From assembly GCA_905331295.1 (NCBI GenBank), contig CAJNYD010000012.1, positions 434,001 through 498,000 on the forward strand: a DNA stretch of 64,000 nt. The letters run 5' to 3'. A model generated the notes under the pieces. It saw nothing but the letters and a program-made list of their open reading frames with translations, did not search any database and was not told the DNA's origin. The position numbers and the translations under genes were made by a program. Source of the DNA: Rotaria socialis. Lineage: Eukaryota. Of this stretch, positions 12,770 through 25,707 are shown piece by piece. Within the stretch, counting starts at the first letter, position 1. Each line of letters begins with the position of its first letter.

Positions 12770-13519
12770 ATGTCCAAATCGCTAAGACAAGTAAGTTCAT
12801 CATCATTCTACAGTACCTATCTGATCTGAAACATTCTTTATCATCATAGAAAATTGCTCATGCTATTAATTCTATTCTATCAACATCATCATCACACAAT
12901 AATTCGAATTCAAGTTAGTAATTTCTTGTTTTGCTTTTCTTCATATCGTTTGATAATCTGCAACTATCTGTTGTTTTTTTTCTTCAGAAATATCATCTTG
13001 TTGTTCAGTATCGAAACCAAAAGATTATGAATATATTTCATATGAATCAAAAGTAGCATCATCAAAAAGTGATTATGTAAGTATATATATATATATACAT
13101 TTGCATATTTCAATGAAATACTATTAAAATCTGCCTAGGTCGATTTAAGTGAATGTCATTCATGGTCTTTGTCTTGCTCGAAAGATTCAGGAATTTCTTT
13201 CGGTACAAACATATCATCAATCAGTACATCCAATGAAAATTTTCATCAGTTTCAATCAACACGCATACTTTCAGATGATTCAAATTCTCGTTTAAATCTA
13301 TCTGATTTAAGTTCAATACCGAACGATCAAATGAACATATCCAATTTCGATGTAACTGCATGGCATACAATTCCAACGTCGTTCGAATGTTGCCATTGTC
13401 ATTGTCATCATCAAACTAATACAGATGCTCTGCAAAATCCAACCAACAACTATCTGTACTATCCACAACAATATCATGATCAGCGAACAAAAAATCAAAT
13501 CTTTCCTTTTATTTTTTAA
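12770..13519 (+). CDS. Uncharacterised Ser-rich protein with C-terminal CCHCHCHH motif (4 exons)
   Basis: MSKSLRQ / KIAHAINSILS... / ...DYEYISYESK...DY / VDLSECHSWSLSCSKDSGISF... joined by GT-AG introns in a consistent frame. Confidence 0.65.
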
Positions 13520-13619
13520 TTTGAAATAAATTTTTCTTTACTCTACTGGCGGTAAATGATTTTGTTTTGCTTGTATCTAATTATCAATTGATAGAATTTG
13601 ATTGCAATGTGAAAAAAAG

Positions 13620-14333
13620 ATGAGTCAGAATATTGTTCTGCGGATCGAATGTAATCTAAAATCCTTTTTTTGTAAACGTCGATTTCCTGTTTCTGAATGG
13701 ACTCTACAAGATTTTCGTTTGTATATCCAACAATTATTCGATATAAAAAAGGAAAATTTGATCATATTATTACATTCAGAAGAATTAAGTCAAAATCAAG
13801 ATAGTAGCTTGTTGTGTGATATCGAAAATTTGTATGAAAATGATACAATTATAATTGATTCATATTGCCATGCGGACGACATAGATAATGTTAATAGATT
13901 ACCAGAGAAATACCAAATGTCAGATAAAATTTATTCACAACGAAAAGGTACATTGAAAGAGTATCTTCAACAAAACAAAATTGGAAAATATGGTGATCAC
14001 AATGCGTTCTCACACACAGTATTCAACAATAATAAACAAAATGTACTGAAATTATATGAAATGAATCGTAAAAAAATGGAAGAACTATACATAGGAATGC
14101 ATGTAAAAGTGAATGAACCAATGTTGAATATAAGATATGGAGAGATTGTTTATATTGGTATGTTACGGGGAATTTTCGATGAATTTATTGGTGTTCTCTT
14201 TGATGGTCCATGTGGTGATTCAAATGGATCTGATGGTATTATTCAATACTTTGATGCTAGAAGAAGACATGCTAGTTTTATTCGACCAGAATATATCGAG
14301 ATCATAACTATAGAAGAAACGATGAAATCATGA
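13620..14333 (+). CDS. Tubulin-folding cofactor B-like protein (Ubl + CAP-Gly), intronless and divergent
   Basis: N-terminal Ubl-like segment; EKYQMSDKIYSQRKGTLKEYLQQNKIGKY matches the TBCB linker; CAP-Gly GEIVYIG...FIGVLFDGPCGDSNGS...YF...HASFIRP. Confidence 0.8.
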   Translation: MSQNIVLRIECNLKSFFCKRRFPVSEWTLQDFRLYIQQLFDIKKENLIILLHSEELSQNQDSSLLCDIENLYENDTIIIDSYCHADDIDNVNRLPEKYQMSDKIYSQRKGTLKEYLQQNKIGKYGDHNAFSHTVFNNNKQNVLKLYEMNRKKMEELYIGMHVKVNEPMLNIRYGEIVYIGMLRGIFDEFIGVLFDGPCGDSNGSDGIIQYFDARRRHASFIRPEYIEIITIEETMKS

Positions 14334-16913
14334 TAAGACACACAACAAGTTTAATACGTTGATGGAGGATTGAATTTAAAGATTAAATTTCTAACAAAAA
14401 GATTTATTGTTTCGTCTAGTGAAAATTCTGTTTTTTTCCATGAAATGTAATATTTAAATGACTAACTATACTAGAATACATTTGTTTGTATGATTGAATA
14501 AAGAAATGCTGTTCAAGTTTATCACTTTAGAACAAAGTAGAAAGTCATATTTTTCAATGTTACCTTCATTGTTTTAGATGAGAATAGCTGATGTCCATTG
14601 ATTTTAATGATTACTTTGCATATTCTACGTTAGATTTATTAGATAACTAGTTATAAAAGAATGAAATATTTCTCTTCAAAAACATAGTTGCTTTCAGGAT
14701 GTATTGTTTTCCTTGGTAAAAATTGATTAGTGAAACATTCTATAAGATCAAATGCAATTTTGGTTAGTCTCGCACTGAATCATACTATTGTATTCTTGAA
14801 GAATTTTACTGCCACATAAAGTTTTCCATCAGCTTAAATTGATCTCTTACAACTATAGGACTACATTTCATAAGACAAGAAATGTGAAGTTATTTGTAAA
14901 GTTTTTATTTCATTTTACAATATCAGAAACTCTATTTTCTTTCGTAGGATTTAAATATTGTAGAGATTTTTCTATTTCTAACTGCATATCAAAAGATTTT
15001 TTCAAAGGATAGATGATTTTAGATCACCCGGATATACGTAGATAAAAACGATATTACAGGGCTCCCGATCAAATATTACATGAAACAAATGAAAAATGCA
15101 TCTAATCAGATTGCTACTACTGGTTTCTATGTTAAAAAGTAGATAGCGAAACTTGCAGTATGTTCCTAAAATGTTTTACGGACGTTTAATCTATATATAA
15201 AACTTCAGGACTATGGTCTGAAATATGAAATTAGATAAGGATCAGAAAATTTAATAATGAGTACTAAGAAATACATGAAAGATACTCAATGTAAATGTTT
15301 TCGTCGAAATATCATAATGGTTGCTGGTTGTAATTCATGATGTGTATGTTGAGTGCAATATTTTCTGAGAGAAACACATAGTTTATCATAATAGAGAAAA
15401 CAAGATAAATTTAATGTATCTAATAAAACTAGCAAACTGAATACTAAAAGGAGTAGGATAACTTTCTCAAGGAGATTGCCACTATCTTATTTCGTTCGAT
15501 CATTATTCTCCTATTGATATAGTTAATGCATAAGATTCGTCAACAATTGAACATCTGTATTTATCAATTGTTGCTTAGTGTTGCAGTATTAATGTGAAAT
15601 ATTGTTTTTCTACGTTTACGTTTCTTTCAAATTTTAACCTATAGTCATCATCACCATCTCGTTCTTATTAACATCTGACTAAACATATCGTGTATCCTTC
15701 AAATAGATTTAAGAAATTTTGAGACCATGATCATTCACTTGATATTGTTTTGATCATGTTTGTTTTTTCCATTGTAATTAATAGTTGTTGCTGTCTTTAT
15801 TTGATTTAATATACGCATTGATTCTCATACATATCACTGATATGAAAAATCTTAATTTTACCCAACATAAAAATTGAAATCAATCATTTGGATGAATCAT
15901 CGTAGAACTATTTGAACTATTTTCGGAAGTCGCTATATATGATGACATCATTTTGGTAACGATATCACGCATCAACTAGTCGATAAAACAGAGTAATTAT
16001 GAATAGGTTAAGTTTCAAAATAATCTATAGACTCACCTTACATGAATGATTTTAGAAATAATATGTAAATTATATGATATATTTTAATTATATGTAGGTG
16101 ATGATAGTTTAGATTCATTAGCATGGTGACCATTTTTTAAAAAGTATGTTTAATAAAATGTTTAAAGAATTTTTATTCGAACATTCAGTAAAGCAATAGC
16201 TGATATTTTAAAAGGATAATTTCTATTGGTAAATATTGATAGTTGCTTCGATGAATTTCGTTGGCATCAACACTGAGCTCACAAGTTGTTACGAAAATTA
16301 ATGTTGTGGTAAGTATTTGAAAGGAAAACCTTCCTTTGTTTTTACCTGTATTGTACCTACATGAATCTGAAACAATAAAAAAACATACAGAATATTTGTT
16401 TGTTTAAAGTTGAAAACGTATCAATGAAGATCCAAACAGGCAATCGATGTCTTCTATAAGATTAATCTATTCATTTTGATCATCGTTGTTATTTAGATGG
16501 AATTTAACATCATATGTTTCTATTATTACTATTTTATTAACGTAAAAAATATTTTCTAAATAATGCATATATGTATCATACATGTCTAACTAGATAGTTG
16601 ATTAGTGTATATTTGTACAGGTTTCTTAATAAAATAACTTATTTAAATTGAGAGACGCACGTCTCATTTTCTTGCCCAATCGAATACTACTTCTCTTTAA
16701 CAGATAGTGAATGGTGTATAAGAATTAAAATTTTGACACAACTGCAATTGATTACATATCAGCTTTTATTATTTTCGATATAATGGTTGAATCATTATAA
16801 AAACAAGCAAAAAAAACCGATTGTCATATACATGATTTATTTTAACAACGGTTCAAAAAGAAAAGTCCAGATTTGCTATAGCAGTTTTATGCATAAGCAA
16901 ACGTTGATTGATT

Positions 16914-17225
16914 TTAATATCTTTGTAGAAAAAATCTATATGCATCGGGAATACCATAATTGTATGGTGTAGAATAATAATACATAAAATCTTGACCTGG
17001 AAAACCACCAGGATAATGTGTGTTAGCAGTGCCAATAGCTTGTTGTGTTCGACTATTTAGTATCATTGCAAGTGTGGGATCAGCATAGTTTCGTGCTGAT
17101 GGTAGAGTTCGATTATTTACTTCATTGAAACCCTCACGACCAGATGTAGGATGAAACATTCGAAGCAGTGGAGGTCTTTCTAGAGATTGATTAGGCGTGT
17201 CCGGAAAATTATTGTGGCTACTCAT
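16914..17225 (-). CDS. Hypothetical single-exon protein (103 aa), Pro/Tyr-rich C-terminus
   Basis: Open frame MSSHNNFPDTP...FFLQRY with coding-like composition against AT-rich flanks; no recognisable domain. Confidence 0.5.
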   Translation of the reverse strand: MSSHNNFPDTPNQSLERPPLLRMFHPTSGREGFNEVNNRTLPSARNYADPTLAMILNSRTQQAIGTANTHYPGGFPGQDFMYYYSTPYNYGIPDAYRFFLQRY

Positions 17226-19599
17226 CTTGGACCAAAAAAGCAGACTCTTATTTTGATGAAAAAAACTGATTATTCTAGTGAGTAGCTTTTTTTTTGTATA
17301 GTCAGAAATTATTTTCATGCTTGATTACACATGAGAAAAATAGAAAAAGCTATCAACAAATGCGTCGTTTATCATCTATTCGATGACTCATACTCGTAAT
17401 GATTCATAGTCATTTAAAGTCTAACTAAATAAAATATAAGTATCTGAAATCTTGTATTATTATCAAAATCGATGTCTGTCATTTTCTATTCACTCATCGA
17501 TAAAATTCTAACAAAATCAAAATTTCCTTCTCGTATTTGTCAAGATTTTTCTTTGGAATAATGTTACTAATCATCCAAAGGCTTTTATTTTTTTTGGCAT
17601 TTTTCATTAAACACTAATTTTATTTTCTCATCTAGTATTTATTTTAATCAATATATCATGTTTTAATTCTGCTCAATACAGTGTCCTTTTGTTTAGGGAC
17701 ATTTTAATAGTGCCCCTATAAGAATTTATGGTTTTTGGGTTTCCATAGGTAACTAATATGACTTATATCAAGTGGTGATTTATCTTTCAGGTTTATTGTC
17801 ATTACTCGAACAGTTTACATTTAATATCAACATTTTGTCATCCAGATACTTCCCAATAGATGTAAGTTGGTCACATAATAGTAAAGTTATATGTGCTTGT
17901 GGATAAAAAAATCGCTCGTTTCTCCTTTTAAAAACCAACACCACATCACTCAATATGAGAATTTTCCATTCAATATTTAGGAACTTTACAGTTCTATTTC
18001 GGAAAAGAATGACTGTTATTTTGAATTCAACATTTACGACCGAATTTCTTAAAAAAAGAAACATTTCATTTCTCTACGAAAAGTCAACACAGAAATATAG
18101 ATTTATTTTTGTAGAATTCGGTATACATATGATTCATATTACGTTTACTTGCATTACTTTATTTTACTATGTAAGAATTATACGCTAATTGTTCTCTTTA
18201 ATAATGATTTTGATTAGATATTCGAATATAATAGCGAAGAATTGACTCGATCAAAATGTTTTTCTTTTCATAGTTAAAATCATTCGATACAAATTACATC
18301 AATTCCATAATGTTCGTACATATTTCCTTATGAACTTGTAGAAAAGATCTATTTGCTTTATGAATATTTATGAAAAATTATAAAAAAGCTTTTTTTTTAT
18401 AGAAATCTTCCTGCATTATCTTTTTAATTTCGTTTCGTTATTATATTATTCTAAATGATAGAATGAACCAAATAATATTTCTTTACATCAATTCTCGTCT
18501 TCTGAATTTAATCTCGCATATAATAGTTTATTATACATAAGAGAAACTTCCAGAATATGTTCTCAATGATAATGAAAAACAATTTTCAAAATTATCTATT
18601 CTGTTTGAAAACATATGTGATCTAAAAGTTTATAATTATAGATTGTTAAAAACACATTTATTCTACTACTGTGATATGTTTTACTTCGATTTGTAAAACA
18701 TAGAAGAAGTATACAATGCCATTTATATGATTAAAAACCACAGTTTCTTTCAGTAAAATCTATAAATGTTGTCGTATCAGCACATCAAAATATAAAAATC
18801 AGTTGAAATTATGAATCTGCAAGCAAACGAAAAAATCGTCTCATTCAAACTTACGAACTAAAATGTTAGTTTCAAGACAGAGAACTAGTAAGTATTCTCT
18901 CAGTTGAAAAAAATGTTTTAATCCTTAATACTTATGATATTCTCTAGTTATAGATAAAATGTGAATCAAAACGCCTATGAGAATTCTAATTTTTTTCGTA
19001 AGTTTCATTGAAATTCATACTATTTCAATTGTTTGCATCATTTAATAGTTGGAAGATTTTTTTCTTAAATCAAAATCATACCAACAACGGCAAAGAAAGA
19101 TGAAGGTTTTTTTCTCTCTTTTCTCTGACATTATTTTGTATGTATATGATTCATCGCTTTTATTACCTTCACATTCCATGAATCTTTGTTCTATGCTTGT
19201 ACAAGGTTTTCTCCCACTGTTCTCAATAGCAATGAATTATTAGATCACGAGCAGGATTGTCTGACTCCTGTCTCATTGGTTGCCTGCACACAGTGACTCA
19301 CGAAACACGTCTATTAACAACATGTTTGAATTGTATTGGAATAATGCCAAGTTCTCATTGTCGTTCTCTTTTCATGAACGTCATTGCGAAATTACATGTA
19401 CGAAGCATACTCCTTCGTATTCTTATGCAATTCTATAGTAAGCACGTCTCTGGTTATAAATAGTGCATGCTTCTTTCATTTGGTTTTCATTTTTATTCAG
19501 AGCAACTTCATACACGCAGTACATATTCTTTATCATATATTAACCTAATTTTTCAACGTGCATCAACAATCGATCTTCATTTCACATTTTACTCTTAAC

Positions 19600-19824
19600 A
19601 TGGTTCATAACGCTATTGGGTCAATCATTGAAACAGTCCATCAGTCTTTAGAAAAGTCTTATAAAAAACTTTCTAGCCCTCAACAATTCACGAATATATC
19701 ATTACAAAATAAAACTGGCATAAAACCACTCATGGCTCAACCCTATGAAGTTGTTAATGTTACCAATGGTAATAACGGTGGTACACAAGTTATTATTAAA
19801 CCACCTGATAAACCAAATGGTTGA
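19600..19824 (+). CDS. Small hypothetical protein (74 aa)
   Basis: MVHNAIGSIIETVHQ...KPPDKPNG; TATAAATAG at 19455-19463 upstream; plausible 3' UTR with AATAAA near 20214. Confidence 0.45.
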   Translation: MVHNAIGSIIETVHQSLEKSYKKLSSPQQFTNISLQNKTGIKPLMAQPYEVVNVTNGNNGGTQVIIKPPDKPNG

Positions 19825-20311
19825 AATTTACAACTATCGCTAATACAAAACATGTATTAACTTGGATTCAATATTATAAAAACAAAATTTCTTGAAGTAA
19901 ATAATAGAAGAATGTATCATTCAACAGTAAAACTTAGTATGTATAAAATTAATCTGGTAGATTCACTTCTATTTTTCTTACTTTCTTTTTAACTATATTA
20001 GTGATCATTCAATATAGTTATTTATTTCACAATAACAATATCGTCGTTGTTGTGCTGTTATTTCAAACGAATTAAACCTGTCGTCAATTACATATTATAT
20101 ATGTTTATGCGTTTATAATTAAAACCAATTATCAACAAGAACAGACGCATTTTGCTCGGCAGTTTTCGTTTTTTATGGTCGTTCTATTTCTACTGTTAAG
20201 TTTGAAATTTTTGAATAAAAGATCTTTTTTGTTGTATCATTCTGGACTCCAGTATATTAAATAAATCAAATAATTATAATACAAAGTTTGACTAAAACAA
20301 AACAAAAATCT

Positions 20312-21266
20312 TTAATTTTCAATTAGTTTTTTAAGTTTGTCGATTGAATCATGATCAAGCGAAGGCCAGTGTAACACTTGTTGATCTTCTTTCACATGTT
20401 TTTCATCGGTAGTACCAGTTAATGGAGTCAAACCGATATATATTAAAAAACGAAAGAATACTTGAGCCAATGTACCTTGACGTGCTTCTGCAAGTTGTTG
20501 TAGTAGTGGATGTTCAAGAATCTGCGGATTAGCTAATAGAAATTTAAACAAAAAATCCTTATCAATTACATTAATTCTAATTATCAACATTGATTTTCAT
20601 ACCAGTTAGTGTCCAAAAACTTTGATAATAGATATTCTTTTCACGACAAAATCGTGTTATCTCACCATCAAAATTAGTTTCAGCATAAAAACGATTTTGT
20701 ATAACACAAGGCTTATGTCGAGCATCATCATATAGCTTTTTAAGTCATTCAGACTATATAAATTACTAATACCTAATTTGTTTAATTCGACCCTGATCAA
20801 CAAAGTTTTCAAATTCACGATATACTTCCATTGTAAGTTCATGTGATTGTAGTGGACTATGAAGAACTAATGAATCAATATAATCAGTACGTAAATTTTT
20901 AAGTGGCGTAGCTAATGATTGTCAAACTCGTTCAGCTAATGATGAACGAGCATTATAAGGCAACGGTTTTGATTGATCTTGTCCATTAATACTGGTAAAT
21001 TTTGTTTGAATAAATAAATCTTTACGAAGTATATTATATTTAGTTTGAAGTTCAACAAGAGCTTGACCAACAAGATCTTCACTGAAATTCAAAAGAAAAA
21101 TTGATTTATTTCCACTTATAATAAATATTTACTTGCGTATATACTACGTATAGTGTTTTGGTTGATATGCTGTATCAATACCACGAAATCCGTTCAATAT
21201 AGTTTTTATAACGAGTTGTATTGTTGCTTCTTTCTTCCAAGCTGTACCATAGATTAACCGAGGCAT
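20312..21266 (-). pseudogene. Aldo-keto reductase of the microbial 'YGTAWKK' type, disrupted
   Basis: MPRLIYGTAWKKEAT...GFRGIDTAYQPKHY / EDLVGQAL...LFIQTKFT...YIDSLVLHSP...QNRFYAE...YQSFWTLT / ANPQIL...PLTGTTDEKH. In-frame TGA at 20922-20924, a +1 shift near 20778 and a -1 shift near 20739; two introns. Confidence 0.88.
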
Positions 21267-23119
21267 TTGAACAGCAGCATTTGTTGTTATTGTTGTCACT
21301 GAGATAATTTCAATCTTCTTGTGTTGAAGTAAAATTACAACGGATTCAGTTCAGTGACAGCCTAGGTTATCATTGGCACGATATCTTAACCTTGTCGATG
21401 TTTTTCACATATTTCAAGTGAAAATAAAATATTTCCATGTTTGAAATCTATTGAAAACAAAACTTTTTTTTTCTCTGGCATGTATTCATTTCAATAGTAT
21501 ACAATATCTTCAATTGAAACTATCGTTAACAAGCCAACGCCATCTGTAGGTTATGTGTTAAACCAAAAAAGAAATAAGCATATTTTGATAGATTACAATC
21601 GGAAGGCAAAACAAAAGCGAATGCAAATCTAACTATCGATCAAATTTTCATTGAAACTTAAAAGATACAACTCTTCCAGTACTACCACATCCTTTTATTG
21701 TAGTTACTAAAATAATGTAGCTAAACGAAACGCGAGTGTTTCGATTTCATTGAAAACAAAATAAAAAGAACTTGAATAATTATGTTTTTTTCGACTCTAA
21801 TTTCAAGTTCTTCGAATAAAAATAAATTATCATTTTAAGACGAATACATTTTGTATTTAATGATTGATCAGCATATAGTTTGTTCTCTTTCAGTTACACT
21901 TCTTTAAAAAAAATAGACATATCTTATCTGTCTATGAAATAAACATAACATAACAAAAAACGATGGTAAAGAAGAAAAGTCTTATTGATATCATAACGAA
22001 CTAACTGTAAGATGCATCGAATATACATTTACTCATCAATCATTTTCCAGTCGTATTGTCTAATTCTCCGTGTATACTTCTTATCAGTTCTTATACTCTC
22101 CTTGTTCATCCATACTATAGTTATCGTTCATAGAATACAATATACATAAATACACCTCATTTTAAGACAAAGAATAAAATCCTATTTAAATTCACACAAC
22201 TGCAAACATATTTGAAATAGAAAACAACATTCATCAGTAGTTGATCGTATCATGAAAAGGATATGAAGGTAAGACTTTTGAATTGAACGAATTTTTACGA
22301 AATCTGATCATCACCATATAGTGCACAAATTACAACATATCTTCAAACAAAGATAACCTATTTCAAACTAATTAGATCCACATTTTCTTACTTCTTCAAT
22401 CGCTAAACAAAAATCATTCTGATAATAAAAAAAAGAATACTCCTCACATCTATTTTTACTTTTTGCTATTCTATCTAATGTTTCATCTCTATTGATATGA
22501 TCTCATTTTTTTTCAAATTGCTCTTTAATGACCACTTCCTACTACTCGAAGTTGAAAAAAAACTACCCCAGGAGTTCTTTTCGTTTCAAAATGTATGAAT
22601 CTATTCGATTGTTCAAATCCTATTCAAGACATCAGAGTTGAATACGATGAGAAGAAGTGGCTATTAGTCTAATATTTTTATATTGATACGCGTAATATTT
22701 ATCTATGTAAAACAGCATGCTATATGTTAGCTCGAATGTCACAAATATGCATACATATTGACCGTAAAACACGGTCGGTGGTGATGATAATATTGTTATT
22801 TTTAGGTGAAATACATGCATATATAACAAATGTTTTTCTAGTTACGGTTAGATTAGATATCATCTTTCTTTTGAAAACGAAAAACTAAAAATATTGAAAA
22901 CGAATATTAAGATTTTAAGATTAACTATTTAGCACTTGATCGTTGTTTCAATCACCACATGATTCTGATTGATGAATGTCGGCTTTTGCTCTGTTCATTT
23001 ATCAATGATTGATCAGTAATATTAAAAAAGTTACAACGGTGTGCTAAAAACTATATAATTCTTTCCTTTTATGTTCAATGAAAGAAACAAAAGTATTGTT
23101 TTCAAAACTAAAATTCTAC

Positions 23120-23340
23120 GCAATTGGGTAAAAATGTGATTTACATATGGAATTTGATTAAATTTGTGAGATCACATTTTTATTCTATTGTTGAATTATC
23201 TATTGAATCCAATTTTCCAACTACATTAATTGGCTTAACACAATAATTACAATCATCGATAAGTGTGATTTGATTACAGCTACTGAAACAAATAGTCGCA
23301 TTTTATTCCTATTGGCTTATTTCTCTATCAGCAATCCAAT
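23120..23340 (+). promoter_or_regulatory. Cluster of CCAAT/ATTGG boxes upstream of the SoxE-like gene
   Basis: ATTGG at 23123, 23229 and 23311; CCAAT at 23209 and 23336; followed by an AG-rich tract (~23357-23385) before ATG 23506. Confidence 0.35.
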
Positions 23341-23505
23341 AGAAAAACAAAAAAGATGAGAGAGAAAGAGACAGAGAGAGAGAGATAGCGAAATGGCACT
23401 ACTTAATAAAAATCATTGTCGAATAAGTGATCTCATTCATTCGAAAGTGAACATTCAAATTTGAAGACAGTTTAACAACGAAACGAATTCATTCCATAAA
23501 AAAAG

Positions 23506-24687
23506 ATGTCATCATTAGGAAGCTCAAATACTGGTTCGGTAAGTTGATAACAAATCACAAGTTGTTGAAAATTTTAATGATCATAATAAATTTGAAATAC
23601 AATAATAATAATAAAACTTCTGTATTGTAGAATATCGTTCTCTCAAATATCGTCTCTTCAGCTTTGGGTCAATTGAATTGGGCTGAATTAGAACAAAAAC
23701 AACCTAAACCTATTAAACCTATTCATGTTAAACGACCAATGAATGCTTTTATGGTTTGGGCACAAGCTGCACGAAAAAATTTAACAACTAATCTATCAGT
23801 TGTTAATAATGCACAATTAAGTAAAACATTAGGAAAATTGTGGAAGTAAGTTTTACAATTGAACAATTCTCTGAATTAATTACATTGATTGCAGATCATT
23901 ACCACAAGAACAGCGTCGACCATTTATTGACGAAGCGGAACGTATTCGAGAACAGCATAAACGTGACTATCCTGAATATAGATATCAACCAAAACGTAAA
24001 CTTAAAAGTAAGTTGAACTAGCAATAGAATACATTGTAATGTCGAAATTTTTGTGGTAGATGCTCGTTATCATCCGTATTCAACACCAAATACAAGTAAA
24101 TCTTCATCGTCGCCATCATCTACATCAGCTAATGATTTAAGTGTACAAAGTGATCATCATCCACCTATGACATCATCCCCGTGTTCATCGTCTATTGAAG
24201 AATCATCAACGAATCGGTCCTCGGTGATTCCATCATTTCAATCACAACAAATCTATGCACCAAAATATAGTCAAGATGATGACAATGATGAAAGTGGTTG
24301 TAGTTCAAAAGAGAATTTTGCTCCGTTACCTTACTATCCTGAATCAATATCAACGAATATTGAAAATACAAATGAATATGATACGATGACCAATGGTATT
24401 TATTCAAGTACAACAATGCAATCAAATGAACATTTTCCTTATTCGAGTGAGTTAGAAAATAAAAATATCAAAAATTATTTATAATTTATTCTATCTTTTT
24501 CAATTAAGATATGTACAACTCCTATTATCAGTCATTCCCTCATCATGTTGCTTCTGATTATGAAAATACTTCTCGCTTTAATGCAAACTATGGTTTGATC
24601 CCATACGATGCATCGTACATGACGTATCCTTCAACTTCGTTTGTTCCACATGCAACGACTAATTTCAATTATATAAATAACCATTAG
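23506..24687 (+). CDS. SoxE-like (Sox8/9/10 group) HMG-box transcription factor
   Basis: HVKRPMNAFMVWAQAARK...NAQLSKTLGKLW / ...RPFIDEAERIREQHKRDYPEYRYQPKRK; upstream LSNIVSSALGQLNWAEL resembles the SoxE dimerisation helix; TAG at 24685-24687. Confidence 0.85.
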
Positions 24688-25707
24688 ACTTCTATTCAAT
24701 GACTTTCGCTAAAAGATTCTACTACTTGTTTTTGTTTTTTTTATAAATATGTCATGTAAAGAAAAATAAATTATAGAAAGAATAATATCAAAGATCGCAG
24801 TTCTTTTTCAGCAATGTCAACAGTGATGTTATCTTGTCAAGTTTGTTCTTGTTTCTTTGATAACACTAAGTAAGATTTAACCTATGTTAATACTGCAACA
24901 TTGATAAAATGCTGTGCAAATTGTAATTGAAGTTTGCTAGTAAGTTTCAAACGAAATACTTCCGAAATATCAATTTCTTCTTGTATATGACCCATTAGCA
25001 AAAACATAAAATAAACTATGGAAAAAAATCTTTCTTTTTTTTCATTGTAAAGTTACCCATTGCTTTTTTTATACTGGTTTCCATTCAAAAATAAATTGTT
25101 TTACTTTTCTAAGTTCAGTTTGTATGCTCACGGTATTCTACTACGACACGTTTTATTAAATAGCATTTACCTTTGTTTTTGTGGATTAAATAACTTTGAA
25201 TCTTGGGATAGAATGCTATTTCTTCTTCATATCTAGAGAAACCAAGACATCAAAAATGAGCATAGAAATCTTTTTCGCGCCCTTTCTTTTCAATTGATAT
25301 TACTTTAATACGATAAGAAAAATTAAACAACTTTTTCTTTTGATAGAAACATACGCATCTTTATTAGTAATAAAAATAAAAACAATTCATAAGAGCACAT
25401 CTGAGTGTTTTCTATTTTCATTCTTCTCTATCTCTAGTTATACAGTATGCACTCAAATACATGAAACACAACTCAGACAGGAAATAAGACGAAAAATGAA
25501 TAAGAATACAGGATAGTCAAAAAAAAAGAAGACAAAAGATAAAGTGAATGGCACGCGCAGAAACTACCTTTCGTATTAACACAAGAGTAAGACAAGAAAA
25601 CCGCAAAAAATATAAATGAAGAAAAATACTATACTAGGTACGTCTCACACGTTTATGTAGAATTCGATCGTTATAGAATGAAGAAAAAAACGAAGTCTTA
25701 TAAGGTT

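Noticed and set aside
12159..13498. Duplicated ORFs IFCSLIMILLWIVQ... (12159-12440 + and 13313-13498 -)
   Set aside because: Antisense shadows of the inverted duplication; the spliced gene uses the opposite strand.
15880..16320. Coding-like fragments with splice-like signals
   Set aside because: Multiple stops and no identifiable family.
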